Positions 36,717 through 46,204 of a stretch of 64,000 nt of DNA are shown here, one piece after another. Under the pieces are notes generated by a model. That model did no database searches and was not told where the DNA came from. It was given only the letters and a program-made list of their open reading frames with translations. Each line of letters begins with the position of its first letter. Within the stretch, counting starts at the first letter, position 1. The stretch lies in the NCBI GenBank assembly GCA_045647885.1, contig JAZRMX010000026.1:54487-118486 (forward strand), in the 5' to 3' direction. Made by a program: the position numbers and the translations under genes. The stretch is from Bacteroidaceae bacterium (GTDB lineage Bacteria > Bacteroidota > Bacteroidia > Bacteroidales > Bacteroidaceae).

Positions 36717-37136
36717 TTATATGGCGCTTACCTTGCGTTCACGCAGGGTCTTGTATATAATGCCTCTGAAGGTCTCTTCGTCGAGATAAAAGGAAGGTGC
36801 TGGCTCTTCTATGATTTTTTCGAGTATCACGTAGCGGTAGTGGCTACTTGTCTCTTTTATGCGTTTGAGATACCTGTTGTAAATCTCTCTGTACATCTCC
36901 ATCTTGTTCTTGTTTACAAGAGGAAGACGTTTCTTGCGTGTCATTAACGAAATGTAGCGTCGGGCATTTTCAAAGGTTACATAAAAACGTGGTGCATTCT
37001 TTTTTACTGCCATTTCTATGATTTCGTTCTGTGTGGCAAGCGGGTTGCTAGTCCTCACCTCCTTCATTGTTTCGAAGAATGCGCTTATGACATCCTTCTT
37101 ACGCATATTGCGTACCGATTTGTTTTCTTTATCCAT
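36717..37136 (-). CDS. basic protein (139 aa), possibly DNA-binding (small-terminase or regulator candidate)
   Basis: First gene of the minus-strand operon leading to the terminase. Lys/Arg-rich. The start is set at ATG 37136 (MDKENK). Function is guessed from position only. Confidence 0.5.
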   Translation of the reverse strand: MDKENKSVRNMRKKDVISAFFETMKEVRTSNPLATQNEIIEMAVKKNAPRFYVTFENARRYISLMTRKKRLPLVNKNKMEMYREIYNRYLKRIKETSSHYRYVILEKIIEEPAPSFYLDEETFRGIIYKTLRERKVSAI

Positions 37137-37451
37137 ATTTGTGTGCTTTTGTGCCCGCAAAATTAATAGCCAAAATAGGCTAAAGTGTTGCTTTTTTAAC
37201 ACTTTGTTTCTGCTTTCTTTGTAAGGTGTTGGTAATCAAAAGTATGCTGTGCGTGTTTTTCTTTGTCTAGCGCGCGTTTCCTTGTTGAATATAAATGCGG
37301 CCGCCTGCAGTTGCTTCCCTTCTGGTGGGTGGTAAGCCGTTTTTGGCAATTCTGCAACCCGTGATTGGTGTTTTCGCAACCTTGTCGGGAGGTTTTGATA
37401 TTTCCTTTGCCGTCGAAAAAAGACACATAAACATTTATAAACATTTTTTGT

Positions 37452-38240
37452 ATGAAAGAGAATTTTAAAAATGAAGTGCAGCAGCCCTTTGATTTCAATG
37501 TGGGCGATGCACAATTGTCTGCAGCGGGGCTGCAGGATGGTGTACAGCCCGGGCAGCCGTCATTGTCTGTCCTTGAGGCAGGCCTTAAGAGAATCTTTGG
37601 TGAGGATTTCGATCTTTACGACCAGGCTTCGCAGGAGGCTCTTGTGGAACATCTGCGTGTGAACCGCGAACAGAATGAGCATCTTGCCCAGGCGCTTGAG
37701 CGCGACCCTCGTCTGGCACAGATGATGGTTGATGTGATCGACGGCAAACGTAATGCCCACTCGGCAATGGCGCGTTATTTCGGCAGCTCTATGCTGAATT
37801 TCAACGAGGGTAGTCCGGAGTATGAGGAGATGCTGCAAGCCGACGAGGAACGTCGTAACGAGGTGGTGCGTGCCGCTGCCGAGCGTAAGGAGTATGAGGG
37901 TAACCTCGATGCAAGCCGTGCCGTGATAGAGAGATTCTGCAGTGAACGTGGCTACGACCCTGTGACATTTATGGGCGATGTGTGGGATAAGTTGGTGATG
38001 CCCATTCTCTCTGGTAACTACACTTATGATGTGTGTACGGCTCTTGAGCACGCAATAAATTATGAGCAGGATATTGAGGATGCTTTTGCTGCCGGAGACA
38101 TAAAAGGACGCAACACCAACATACAGCGTATGAAGGAGGACTTTGGCGACGGTCTTCCCAAAGGTATGAGCAGTGCCGCCCCCGATTCTTCAATGAAACG
38201 TCGTCGTAACTCCCTTATAGAGGAGGCACTAAAGGCCTGA
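37452..38240 (+). CDS. scaffolding-like protein (acidic, helical, 262 aa)
   Basis: Glu/Asp/Arg-rich predicted helices ('EEMLQADEERRNEVVRAAAERKEYEGNLDASRAVIE'). Lies immediately upstream of the capsid-like gene. The positional argument is the main support. Confidence 0.5.
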   Translation: MKENFKNEVQQPFDFNVGDAQLSAAGLQDGVQPGQPSLSVLEAGLKRIFGEDFDLYDQASQEALVEHLRVNREQNEHLAQALERDPRLAQMMVDVIDGKRNAHSAMARYFGSSMLNFNEGSPEYEEMLQADEERRNEVVRAAAERKEYEGNLDASRAVIERFCSERGYDPVTFMGDVWDKLVMPILSGNYTYDVCTALEHAINYEQDIEDAFAAGDIKGRNTNIQRMKEDFGDGLPKGMSSAAPDSSMKRRRNSLIEEALKA

Positions 38241-38279
38241 TACTTTTATTTATTAACTTATTTATAACTTTTTTTTAAA

Positions 38280-39902
38280 ATGAAGAGAATTTTTGTTTTT
38301 CTCAAGGAGAATCCTTTGTTTGTTCTCCTTTCTTTAGTGAGTGTGGTTGCGGCATTTTTTGCCGATGAACAGGTTGCATTGTCATTGGCTATGGCAACTG
38401 TGGCGGCTCCCGGTAATACAAAAGCATCGCGAGGTATTGCAGGATTGCCCACCCAGGGCTTGGGCGATGCAACAACGGTTTCTAATGCGTCGGAGTTGAG
38501 CCCCGGTCTTATCGATGCCGATATTGATGAGCAGATTGTGAGCATTGCGAGCGATGAGAGCATCATTGACACCATTAAGCGAAAAATCCGTCGTCAGGTT
38601 CCTGTAACATCTTTCGAGGTGGACCATTACCTTATTGATGACAAGCGTTCAAAGGCCTATACCAACGTAACTTACACCGGTATTGGTGCAACACGTGCCG
38701 AGATTCCTTTCTCCACAACCGGCGAAAGAAAGATTTTCCAGGAGTATTTTACTGCTATTTGTAAGGGTGTGAACGGTTACGACTCTACCGGACAGATTGA
38801 GATGCCCGGTGTGGATCTTATGCTCTTCTTTGTGGGCAAGAACAGCACTACCGAGGCTCCCATAGCAATGGCCGTGAACGGCCCCAAGACAAACGCAACC
38901 GACGATTATTGTACCGTTCCCACCATACCTGCCGGTACCGAGGTGATATTGCTCTCTTCGGCAGCCTATGAGACACAGAAGTTCATTGCTCCCAGCACCA
39001 TTGTGCCTGTGCCCGAACGTATGTACTTGCAGAAACAGCTTTGCAATAATATTGTGAGTGATTACTTTGCGGCACAGAAGAAACGCATACAGTTCAACAA
39101 ATCGCAAATAGCCGAGGCTATCTTGCGTCAGTTCCGTCTCGAGAGCTGCCGCACAGCCTGGGTGGGACAGCCCGGTAAATTCAAGGTGCAGGCAATGGAT
39201 GCGGCTATGGGTTATCAGTGGGATTACTTCAGCAAGGGTATTCGCTGGCAGTTCAAGCGTCAGTACGACCTCTCGTCGAAGATTACTTTTGCCGACCTCT
39301 TAAACCTGTCGATGGTGAAGTTTACAGGATTCAATTGTACCAAGAAAGCTATCTGGCTGCTGGGTAAGCAGTTGCTTAACGATATCCAGAAAATAGACCT
39401 CACGCTGCATAAGAATATAAGTGTGGCAAGCAGCAAGACTTTCGGTATTGAGTGTACACGCATCCACACTGTATTTGGTGACATAGACCTCATACACGAC
39501 CCCACATTGGATGCTCTTGGCTACTCTAATTGCGGTGGTCTTATCGATGCCAACGGCCTTGTGCGTTACTATATGAAGAACGAGGATTCAAAGACCGAGA
39601 ATGTAGACGGAGAGGAGGCAAGCCGTCAGGTTGTGATGACCATAGACTGCCTGTGTCTCAAAGGTTACAGCCACATCTGGGTCAATGGCTCGGCTGCCGA
39701 GAGCGACATACCCGGTACATCGCGAGTGATAAGTGCCTCGTTGCTCCCCGATGCTCCCAAAACCAATGACGTGGTGGTGCTTACTGCCGATGTTATGCAT
39801 ATGGTAAATGGTGTGCAGAAATTGTGGTTTGCTGCCGGTACTGTGGTTACATATAACGGTTCTACCTGGGTGGAGTATACAGGTGAGATTATAGCAGCTT
39901 AA
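38280..39902 (+). CDS. major capsid protein candidate (HK97-fold type)
   Basis: 'SELSPGLIDADIDEQIVSIASDESIIDTIKRKIRRQVPVTSFEVDHYLIDD' resembles the conserved N-arm/P-domain start of Bacteroidota-phage capsid proteins (pattern 'I-D-x-x-I-V-x-I-x-P ... T-P-[IL]-D ... Y-Y', from memory). ATG 38391 (MATVAAPG) is an alternative start. Confidence 0.6.
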   Translation: MKRIFVFLKENPLFVLLSLVSVVAAFFADEQVALSLAMATVAAPGNTKASRGIAGLPTQGLGDATTVSNASELSPGLIDADIDEQIVSIASDESIIDTIKRKIRRQVPVTSFEVDHYLIDDKRSKAYTNVTYTGIGATRAEIPFSTTGERKIFQEYFTAICKGVNGYDSTGQIEMPGVDLMLFFVGKNSTTEAPIAMAVNGPKTNATDDYCTVPTIPAGTEVILLSSAAYETQKFIAPSTIVPVPERMYLQKQLCNNIVSDYFAAQKKRIQFNKSQIAEAILRQFRLESCRTAWVGQPGKFKVQAMDAAMGYQWDYFSKGIRWQFKRQYDLSSKITFADLLNLSMVKFTGFNCTKKAIWLLGKQLLNDIQKIDLTLHKNISVASSKTFGIECTRIHTVFGDIDLIHDPTLDALGYSNCGGLIDANGLVRYYMKNEDSKTENVDGEEASRQVVMTIDCLCLKGYSHIWVNGSAAESDIPGTSRVISASLLPDAPKTNDVVVLTADVMHMVNGVQKLWFAAGTVVTYNGSTWVEYTGEIIAA

Positions 39903-40020
39903 AGTTTTATTTATTTATATCAACGGAGTTGGCTAAAAAGGCTCTTTTTATTCAATCCAAAACAGAGAGGATGGCTCAAAAAAGGCTTTGAGTCATCCTC
40001 GTTAAAACAAAAAAAGAATT

Positions 40021-40446
40021 ATGAAGAACAGAATTACATACGAGATTCACGGACAGGTTGAAAGGAACAGTTTCTTTAGAATGGGAAAGGCTTTGATAAG
40101 AATAGAATTTACTGGTGGCATGATTAATTCTACCGGTGTCTATCCGGCGCAATACACAACCGACAATCCTATGTATCAGCAGGCAATTGAGAACAGCGAT
40201 GCTTTCCGCCGTGGTGAGATTAAGCGTGGCAGGGTGGTTTCCCTGGACGAAGAGGTGGCAAACAGTGTTGACGAAGGCGAAGAGGCTGGCGAGAAAAACT
40301 CTTTTGTGGAAGTTGTGAACTTGCAGCAGGCACGCGCCGTGCTTATGGCTGAACCTTACAACTGCACCCTTTCGGAGCTGCAGAATAAGAGTGCAGTGAA
40401 GGCTGCTGCCGAACAGAAAGGCATATCTTTCCCCAATTGGTTATGA
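40021..40446 (+). CDS. phage-block structural accessory protein (141 aa), unknown
   Basis: Clean ORF directly after the capsid-like gene. Its stop overlaps the next start (ATGA at 40443-40446). Confidence 0.6.
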   Translation: MKNRITYEIHGQVERNSFFRMGKALIRIEFTGGMINSTGVYPAQYTTDNPMYQQAIENSDAFRRGEIKRGRVVSLDEEVANSVDEGEEAGEKNSFVEVVNLQQARAVLMAEPYNCTLSELQNKSAVKAAAEQKGISFPNWL

Positions 40447-41093
40447 TTCCCACACAGTATTTGATAGAAAAGGTTCTGGCAATATTGAACGAGCCTTACC
40501 ACGAGAACTCCATAACCCTTTTGAGCGAAGATACACGCTCCTTGCACGACACCATTCTGGAACTGTTGCCCGACGCGGTGCTCTTTGTACAGAACAACAA
40601 GGTCTATGGTACTTTGAATCCAAAGGTATATAATGTGCCTGAAGGTGCAATTACCGATAACGGCGACGGCAGCGGTTCCGTGCTTCTGCCAAGCGATTTC
40701 GTGAATCTGCTTGAAATGCGTCTTGACGGTTGGGAGAGGCCCTGTACCGTGCTTGCTCCTTCGGGTTCCCCCATTGCTCTTGCGCAAGGCAACATATACA
40801 CACGTGGTGGGTGCAGCAAGCCTGTGTGCGTAGATGCCGTGAACGGTGCCGGTGCGAGGATTGTGGAGTATTACTCTTTGCCAAAGGGGAAGAACCCGGT
40901 TGTCAAGAACTTTGTTTACGAGGCTCTCTATGAGCCGCAGGCTGGTTTGTCTTGCAACGATGGAAATCCTCTTGTTTGTGCCGTAGCATATCAATGTGCT
41001 GGACTTTTGTATAATGTTTTTGAAAGAGCCAACGCTGCCGCTTCCTTTATGGCTCTTGCTCTTTCTATGTGTAAAAACGGTAATAAAACCTGA
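40443..41093 (+). CDS. phage-block structural protein (216 aa), unknown
   Basis: ATGA coupling with the upstream gene. 'LLPSDFVNLLEMRLDGWERPCTVL' resembles the 'LP.DF.RL....W.RPV' motif I associate with phage head/neck proteins. Tentative. Confidence 0.6.
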   Translation: MIPTQYLIEKVLAILNEPYHENSITLLSEDTRSLHDTILELLPDAVLFVQNNKVYGTLNPKVYNVPEGAITDNGDGSGSVLLPSDFVNLLEMRLDGWERPCTVLAPSGSPIALAQGNIYTRGGCSKPVCVDAVNGAGARIVEYYSLPKGKNPVVKNFVYEALYEPQAGLSCNDGNPLVCAVAYQCAGLLYNVFERANAAASFMALALSMCKNGNKT

Positions 41094-41098
41094 AAGTT

Positions 41099-41380
41099 AT
41101 GGCTGTAAACAGTTTGAATTTTTCTCTTAATGGGAATTATTGGGAAAGCGAAACGTTGAAGTGTTCGGGTGGTGATCTCAGGGTTAGAGTGCACAAGAAA
41201 GGCCCTTGTCCGGTGGATCTGCTTGTGAGCATAGATGGCGTGGAGGAGTATATAAAGTATGATGACTTCGGACTCGACGACCTGAAGAGCGAGGTAACCA
41301 TCGAGAGACTTATGACCGGGCAGTTCATTAAATTTCGTTCCCGTAGTGAGTTTACTCTCATAAAGTATATGGAGCAGTGA
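41099..41380 (+). CDS. small phage-block protein (93 aa), unknown
   Basis: Starts 5 nt after the previous stop. Looks beta-rich. Confidence 0.5.
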   Translation: MAVNSLNFSLNGNYWESETLKCSGGDLRVRVHKKGPCPVDLLVSIDGVEEYIKYDDFGLDDLKSEVTIERLMTGQFIKFRSRSEFTLIKYMEQ

Positions 41381-41384
41381 TTTT

Positions 41385-41858
41385 ATGGATACCCTGAAGT
41401 TTGTTTTTGCATCGCTGCTGGCCAATGTCGCAGGGTTGTTGTTCCCCATAAAGAACGATATTTACGGGTTGGTGCTGTTGTTCTCTCTGAATTTTGTTGT
41501 CGGCATGTTTGCCGACCTGAGTAACCACCGCGACTGGAGTTTCAGAAAGGCATTCTGTTTTTTCCGCGATGCTGCCGTCTATTTTGTAATGGTAGCCTCC
41601 ATGTACCTTCTTGGGCATCTCAAAGGTGAGGAAGAGGCTGCTGTACATTGCGTCTCCTTTATGATATATGTGGCTATATATTTTTATGGTACCAATATAT
41701 TGCGCAATGCCCGTATGCTTACACAGGAGCACAGCACTCTGTTCAAGGTGCTCGATTTCTTGTATTATGTGTTCAGTTTCAAGGTTATTGGAAAGTGGGG
41801 GTGCTTGAAGAATTACATTGAATCATATGAAAAGGAGAGGAATAGTATGGCTGTGTAG
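41385..41858 (+). CDS. holin-like 4-TM membrane protein
   Basis: Four hydrophobic segments. 'FVVGMFADL' and the C-terminal 'YGTNILRNARML' resemble Phage_holin_4_1-type proteins ('D..TG' ... 'E..SILEN'). Tentative. Confidence 0.5.
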   Translation: MDTLKFVFASLLANVAGLLFPIKNDIYGLVLLFSLNFVVGMFADLSNHRDWSFRKAFCFFRDAAVYFVMVASMYLLGHLKGEEEAAVHCVSFMIYVAIYFYGTNILRNARMLTQEHSTLFKVLDFLYYVFSFKVIGKWGCLKNYIESYEKERNSMAV

Positions 41859-42222
41859 CCTTTTGTTCTTACTTGCGGCCTGTGCGCCGTGTGGCAGGAA
41901 CGAGGTGTTGCATAGCTTGCAAACCCGGCAATCGGGGAGCGTGGTGCGGGACAGCATCTACTTGCGCGACAGTGTTTTTGTAGCTCGCAGGGCCGACACG
42001 GTCTTTTACGAGAAGTCAAGAATATTATATCGCGACAGGTGGCGCGTTGATACTTTCATTGCACGCGATACACTTTTTAGGGAAAAGACCGTAACCGTGG
42101 AGAAGGTTGTTACAAAGTACCCCTCGCCGTGGCTTCTGCTTTCCGTAGTTATGCTTTTTTATGTATGGCATAAAGGATGGCTGCGGTGGTTGTGGGTGTT
42201 GTTGAAGAATTTGATTAAATAG
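41827..42222 (+). CDS. lipobox + C-terminal TM protein (unimolecular-spanin-like architecture)
   Basis: 'LFLLAACAPCG' lipoprotein signal, a soluble Arg-rich middle part, and C-terminal TM 'PWLLLSVVMLFYVW'. Overlaps the holin-like gene by 32 nt. Confidence 0.5.
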   Translation: MKRRGIVWLCSLLFLLAACAPCGRNEVLHSLQTRQSGSVVRDSIYLRDSVFVARRADTVFYEKSRILYRDRWRVDTFIARDTLFREKTVTVEKVVTKYPSPWLLLSVVMLFYVWHKGWLRWLWVLLKNLIK

Positions 42223-42227
42223 TATTT

Positions 42228-45119
42228 ATGCAGAAAAGTTTTTCATTCAAAGGTATTACAAGACATAGTGATGACCTCCTTGTCAGTGACGGGGAGTGTA
42301 TGGAACTTGTGAATTTAAGGGTGAAGGATGGCTGTCTTGAACCCTTGCCGTCGGAGTATAACGAAACGGAACTGGAGTACTGCTATGAGAAGGCCTATCG
42401 CCACCCGGTGTCGGAGATGTTGCTGTGTGTTGAGTACAGGAATCAGGGCCGTGTACATTTTTACGACAAGGATTTGAAACTTGTGAAGAGCGAGGCTGGG
42501 GAGGATGAACTTTTTCCCGACCTCTGCAATATAGTGCGCATTGAGTTTGTGGGTAGTCTCGTTTGCTGTTTCTCTGAGAGTACAACATATTATTTGGTGT
42601 ACGACTCGGGGGAATATCGTTGGTTGGGTGTGAGACCCTTCCTTCCCGAACTCTCGTTCAGCTATGACTCTATTGTTGTGGAGAGTGCAACAGACGATGA
42701 GTATCTTGCCGGAGTATCGTTGCGTAAGGAGGATGCCCCTACGCGATGGGGTAATGTGTCGAAGGGGTATTTCGACCATTGCCTCTCTATGCTGCACAGC
42801 CGTGGCTACTATGTCGACAGGGCTCTCTTCCGTTATGCTCTTCGCCTGTTCGATGGTAATTATTTCTGTTATTCGCCCATCTATTATGTCGACGATGACA
42901 ACGCGGTGGGCGAGCTTGCCAGAGATGCAAAGAATTTCTATTCAAAGCCACTTGAGTCCTCGGCTTCGTCGAGCAGATATGTGGCTCGCGTGCAGGGCTT
43001 CCTGCCAACATTCCATTTGAAGAATCTCGACCTTTCGGCGTGGAGTAATATAGTAGTGGGTGTAGACATCTTTACTACGGGTTCCATATATGGGCACAAA
43101 GTGGTTACATCAAACGAGGAGTTTTCGATAAGGAACAATGTGCGGTATTCAAAGGACGATGGCTTTGAACGTTATGTGGAGAAGGGTGGTGAAGAGATTA
43201 TGAACGACGTGCAGAATGCTGCAACGTTCTACAAAATTGCCGAGTTCAATGCTCAGGGTGTTCTTGTCGATAGCGTGAAGGATGTCTCTTTGTCAAGTCT
43301 GGCATTATGCGACTCACTTCCCGACGAGGCGGGTTCGCAGACCGACCGTTCTGCTTCATATACACTTTTCTTCAATGGACGTCTGCATTTGGCCGGCGTG
43401 AAGGAGTCTTTTATGAAAGGGTATGGCCCGCGTGCCCATTTGCCTGCAGGTGTTACTCCCACAAAGGCCGATTATGCTTTGGTGGTCACACGTATAAAGA
43501 CTACTGCGGGTGTGGCAGTCGTGAAACGTGAGTATATAAGGGACTATACTTTGGGTCTTAAGGACGGTGCTTTGTGGATGACTCCTTATATTATGTATCC
43601 CGATTCGCGAGCTTTTGAGATAATGTTCACCATCACTATGGGCGATGTAACCTATCGCAGAACATTCCCCTTGAAACAGCATCGTATGCTTAATCTCGCA
43701 TCCTATGTAAATCCCGGAGGAAGCAGGCTCACAGTCTCTCTTGAATGTCATCTCACGGTCGGGACAAGGCCATCTTCTTATTCGGTCGAGGATATTCTGG
43801 CCTTCTTCTCCAATACTCCCGGTGTATATGAAATCAAATATACATCAACTGGACAATGGTGTTATGGCGACCAGCCGTTTGTATCGAATAAAAGTGCCAG
43901 CATCAATAATCCGTACCGTATAATCGCAACGTTGAACCCACATGTAGGTGATACCATTAAAATAACCATATCAAAGAATGATGATGTGAGCGATGTGAAA
44001 GGTGTCGAGGATATAGCTTTTGATGACTCGTGGGAAATTATAGAGGAAGTGGTGGATGTAGCCGAGGAAAACTGCTGTGAAGTCCGTGGCAATGTGCTGA
44101 AGGTATCGGCCGTTGATAATCCTTTTTGCTTTGCGCCCATAAACACCTATACGCCATCGCAGGGCGATATTCTGGCCATAAGCAGCAATGCTGTTGCGCT
44201 GTCACAAGGGCAGTTCGGCCAATATCCGCTTTATGTCTTTTCCAAAGATGGTGTGTGGGCAATGGAGGGAACAGCTTCGGGTGGTGTAACTTATGCACGC
44301 TCTTATCCTGTTGCACGCGAGCTATGTACCAATGGAAATTCCATCTGTTGCACCGACTCGGGTGTGCTGTTCCTTGGCAAAAGGGGAATTATGCTGCTCC
44401 AGGGAAGTAGCCTTAGCTGCATAACCGATGCCATTGATGCCGAGTCACACTTTATGCAGGGGGTAGACCACGAGAATATTCTCTACAAGATTGCAAGGAT
44501 TACTGAAACGCAATACGCCTTGAGCAGGGAGCCTTTGTCGGATTTCCTCAAGGGAAATGTGGCAATGGGCTATGTTTCGGCCGAGAATGAGGTGTGGGTG
44601 TCCAATAACGACTTCAATTACTCTTATGTCTATTCATTGAGTAATGGCACGTGGACGAAGATTTCAAAAAGTTTTATGTGCTTTGTGAATTCTTATCCAC
44701 ACCAGTTGTATCTGCGTATTGTTGACGATAAAAGTTACATTGCAGTTATTGACAGGGAGAATGCCCTGCGCCACACTTATGTGACACTCTTTACGCGACC
44801 GCAACTTTTGGGAAACAAGTTGCCCAAACGCATTTTGCAGTTTATGCTGCACGCAGCGGTAAGGATTACCGATACTGGCCATGATATTGATTTTTGTGGC
44901 TTGGCCTGTTACCTGTTATGCAGTAACGACGGCGTACATTTTAAATTAGTTGCCGGTGCCGAGAAAAAAAAGGATTTTAATGATATGGTTTTTCCATATT
45001 TCCCAACGCAGGCATACAAGTATTATATAGTTGCCCTGACAGGTTCTGTTGCTCTTGAAAGCCGCATTGTGGATGCTGAAATCTTAATTGAACCGGCTTG
45101 GGAAAACCGTTTACGTTGA
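42228..45119 (+). CDS. large virion-associated protein (963 aa); portal or tail/receptor-binding candidate
   Basis: Longest ORF of the block, with no frameshifts. The N-terminus 'KGITRHSDDLLVSDGECMELVNLRVKDGCLEP' resembles openings of podovirus-type stabilisation/tail proteins, but I cannot assign it. Confidence 0.75.
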   Translation: MQKSFSFKGITRHSDDLLVSDGECMELVNLRVKDGCLEPLPSEYNETELEYCYEKAYRHPVSEMLLCVEYRNQGRVHFYDKDLKLVKSEAGEDELFPDLCNIVRIEFVGSLVCCFSESTTYYLVYDSGEYRWLGVRPFLPELSFSYDSIVVESATDDEYLAGVSLRKEDAPTRWGNVSKGYFDHCLSMLHSRGYYVDRALFRYALRLFDGNYFCYSPIYYVDDDNAVGELARDAKNFYSKPLESSASSSRYVARVQGFLPTFHLKNLDLSAWSNIVVGVDIFTTGSIYGHKVVTSNEEFSIRNNVRYSKDDGFERYVEKGGEEIMNDVQNAATFYKIAEFNAQGVLVDSVKDVSLSSLALCDSLPDEAGSQTDRSASYTLFFNGRLHLAGVKESFMKGYGPRAHLPAGVTPTKADYALVVTRIKTTAGVAVVKREYIRDYTLGLKDGALWMTPYIMYPDSRAFEIMFTITMGDVTYRRTFPLKQHRMLNLASYVNPGGSRLTVSLECHLTVGTRPSSYSVEDILAFFSNTPGVYEIKYTSTGQWCYGDQPFVSNKSASINNPYRIIATLNPHVGDTIKITISKNDDVSDVKGVEDIAFDDSWEIIEEVVDVAEENCCEVRGNVLKVSAVDNPFCFAPINTYTPSQGDILAISSNAVALSQGQFGQYPLYVFSKDGVWAMEGTASGGVTYARSYPVARELCTNGNSICCTDSGVLFLGKRGIMLLQGSSLSCITDAIDAESHFMQGVDHENILYKIARITETQYALSREPLSDFLKGNVAMGYVSAENEVWVSNNDFNYSYVYSLSNGTWTKISKSFMCFVNSYPHQLYLRIVDDKSYIAVIDRENALRHTYVTLFTRPQLLGNKLPKRILQFMLHAAVRITDTGHDIDFCGLACYLLCSNDGVHFKLVAGAEKKKDFNDMVFPYFPTQAYKYYIVALTGSVALESRIVDAEILIEPAWENRLR

Positions 45120-45125
45120 TTGATT

Positions 45126-45542
45126 ATGGAAATAAAAATTGATAAAAAAGAACTTTTGACCGACTTGCATAGAATGTCGGCGCATTTGGGAATGAAACTT
45201 GGAGCGCCTGAACTTGTTGCTTCCACCGTGGACGATGAGGATAAGATTGAATTGCTGTTACAAGCCTCTTTTGCCGAACTGCTCAACATCCTTTCGCCCT
45301 ATGCAACAATAGAACAGATTGCCGATGAGGCTGTGTTTACTATGAATATGCCTGCGAACTGGAAAAAGGGACAGGCCAATGCTCTTGTTCTCCTTTCTTG
45401 TGATTACCTGCGCCATTCGCTATTGGCGCGTTGGCTCGATTCTGTTAAAAGTGACAATGCCATGCTTTATCGTACATTGAACAGGGAAACAGCCGATGCT
45501 ATAGTGCATATATTGTCGTTACGGGAAAAACCGACCCCTTAG
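45126..45542 (+). CDS. phage-block paralog family member C (138 aa)
   Basis: 'TVDDEDKIELLLQASFAELLNILS' and 'CDYLRHSLLARWLD' align with members A and B. The ATG lies 7 nt after the 963-aa ORF stop. Confidence 0.65.
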   Translation: MEIKIDKKELLTDLHRMSAHLGMKLGAPELVASTVDDEDKIELLLQASFAELLNILSPYATIEQIADEAVFTMNMPANWKKGQANALVLLSCDYLRHSLLARWLDSVKSDNAMLYRTLNRETADAIVHILSLREKPTP

Positions 45543-45551
45543 TGGGGTGAT

Positions 45552-45592
45552 AAAAACAGAGGTGAAGGTCAAAAACCTTCACCTCTGTTTTT
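45552..45592. terminator. bidirectional terminator closing the structural operon
   Basis: AAAAACAGAGGTGAAGG-tcaaaaa-CCTTCACCTCTGTTTTT. Confidence 0.85.
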
Positions 45593-45803
45593 ATCCCATT
45601 ACAATGTCTTTTGAGTAGCGTCTGTTTGTGTCACGTATAATCTTTTTCTGGTTTTTGCCTATGTATATGCTGCACGCTGCAAAAATTATGAAAGAGACGA
45701 CAAATGCCATTGTGGGCAGGAACTCGTCCAATATGCTTTCGCAGCAACCTATCATCAGTGCCAGGCTTATTAATTGTATGCTAATGAGTGTGTTTGCTTT
45801 CAT
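45591..45803 (-). CDS. small membrane protein (70 aa), hypothetical
   Basis: Two hydrophobic segments. Lies downstream of 45815..46204 on the same strand. Confidence 0.45.
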   Translation of the reverse strand: MKANTLISIQLISLALMIGCCESILDEFLPTMAFVVSFIIFAACSIYIGKNQKKIIRDTNRRYSKDIVMG

Positions 45804-45814
45804 AGTGTGTATAT

Positions 45815-46204
45815 CTATTTTTCTGTTTTATCGAATGCCCAGTAAATCAATCTGCTGCTACCGGTGTCGCTCTCTTTGGTCTTTAGCGTTGCTTGGCTTA
45901 TGACTTGCCTTTTGCGATAAAGGACAACCCTGCCAATAGTGCATTCGTCGCCGCTCTCCCCGCCAATGGATTTTATTTCCATTTTATATCTGTTTAGTTT
46001 CAGAATCTTTGCCCTCGCTGCGAGAAAATTCTCAACAAAAGGCTCCTTGCGGAATCTGTCATATATCTGATAGCTCTCGGTAAGGTGGCTGGTCCATTCT
46101 TTATTGCGCCGTAACGCATAGAATAGCGACTCAAACCATTCCATAAATTTCTCGGCAACGTAATCGCACCATTGCCTTGTTTTCCAAATCTCTCTACTTC
46201 TCAT
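45815..46204 (-). CDS. hypothetical protein (129 aa), first gene divergent from the repressor
   Basis: Clean ORF. Its position matches a cro/antirepressor-type early gene, but no HTH motif was recognised. Confidence 0.55.
   Translation of the reverse strand: MRSREIWKTRQWCDYVAEKFMEWFESLFYALRRNKEWTSHLTESYQIYDRFRKEPFVENFLAARAKILKLNRYKMEIKSIGGESGDECTIGRVVLYRKRQVISQATLKTKESDTGSSRLIYWAFDKTEK

Noticed and set aside
40356-40994. 212-aa ORF antisense to two structural genes of the phage-like block
   Set aside because: It spans the ATGA-coupled junction of two plus-strand genes that fit a tight operon. There is no independent leader or terminator for a minus-strand gene.
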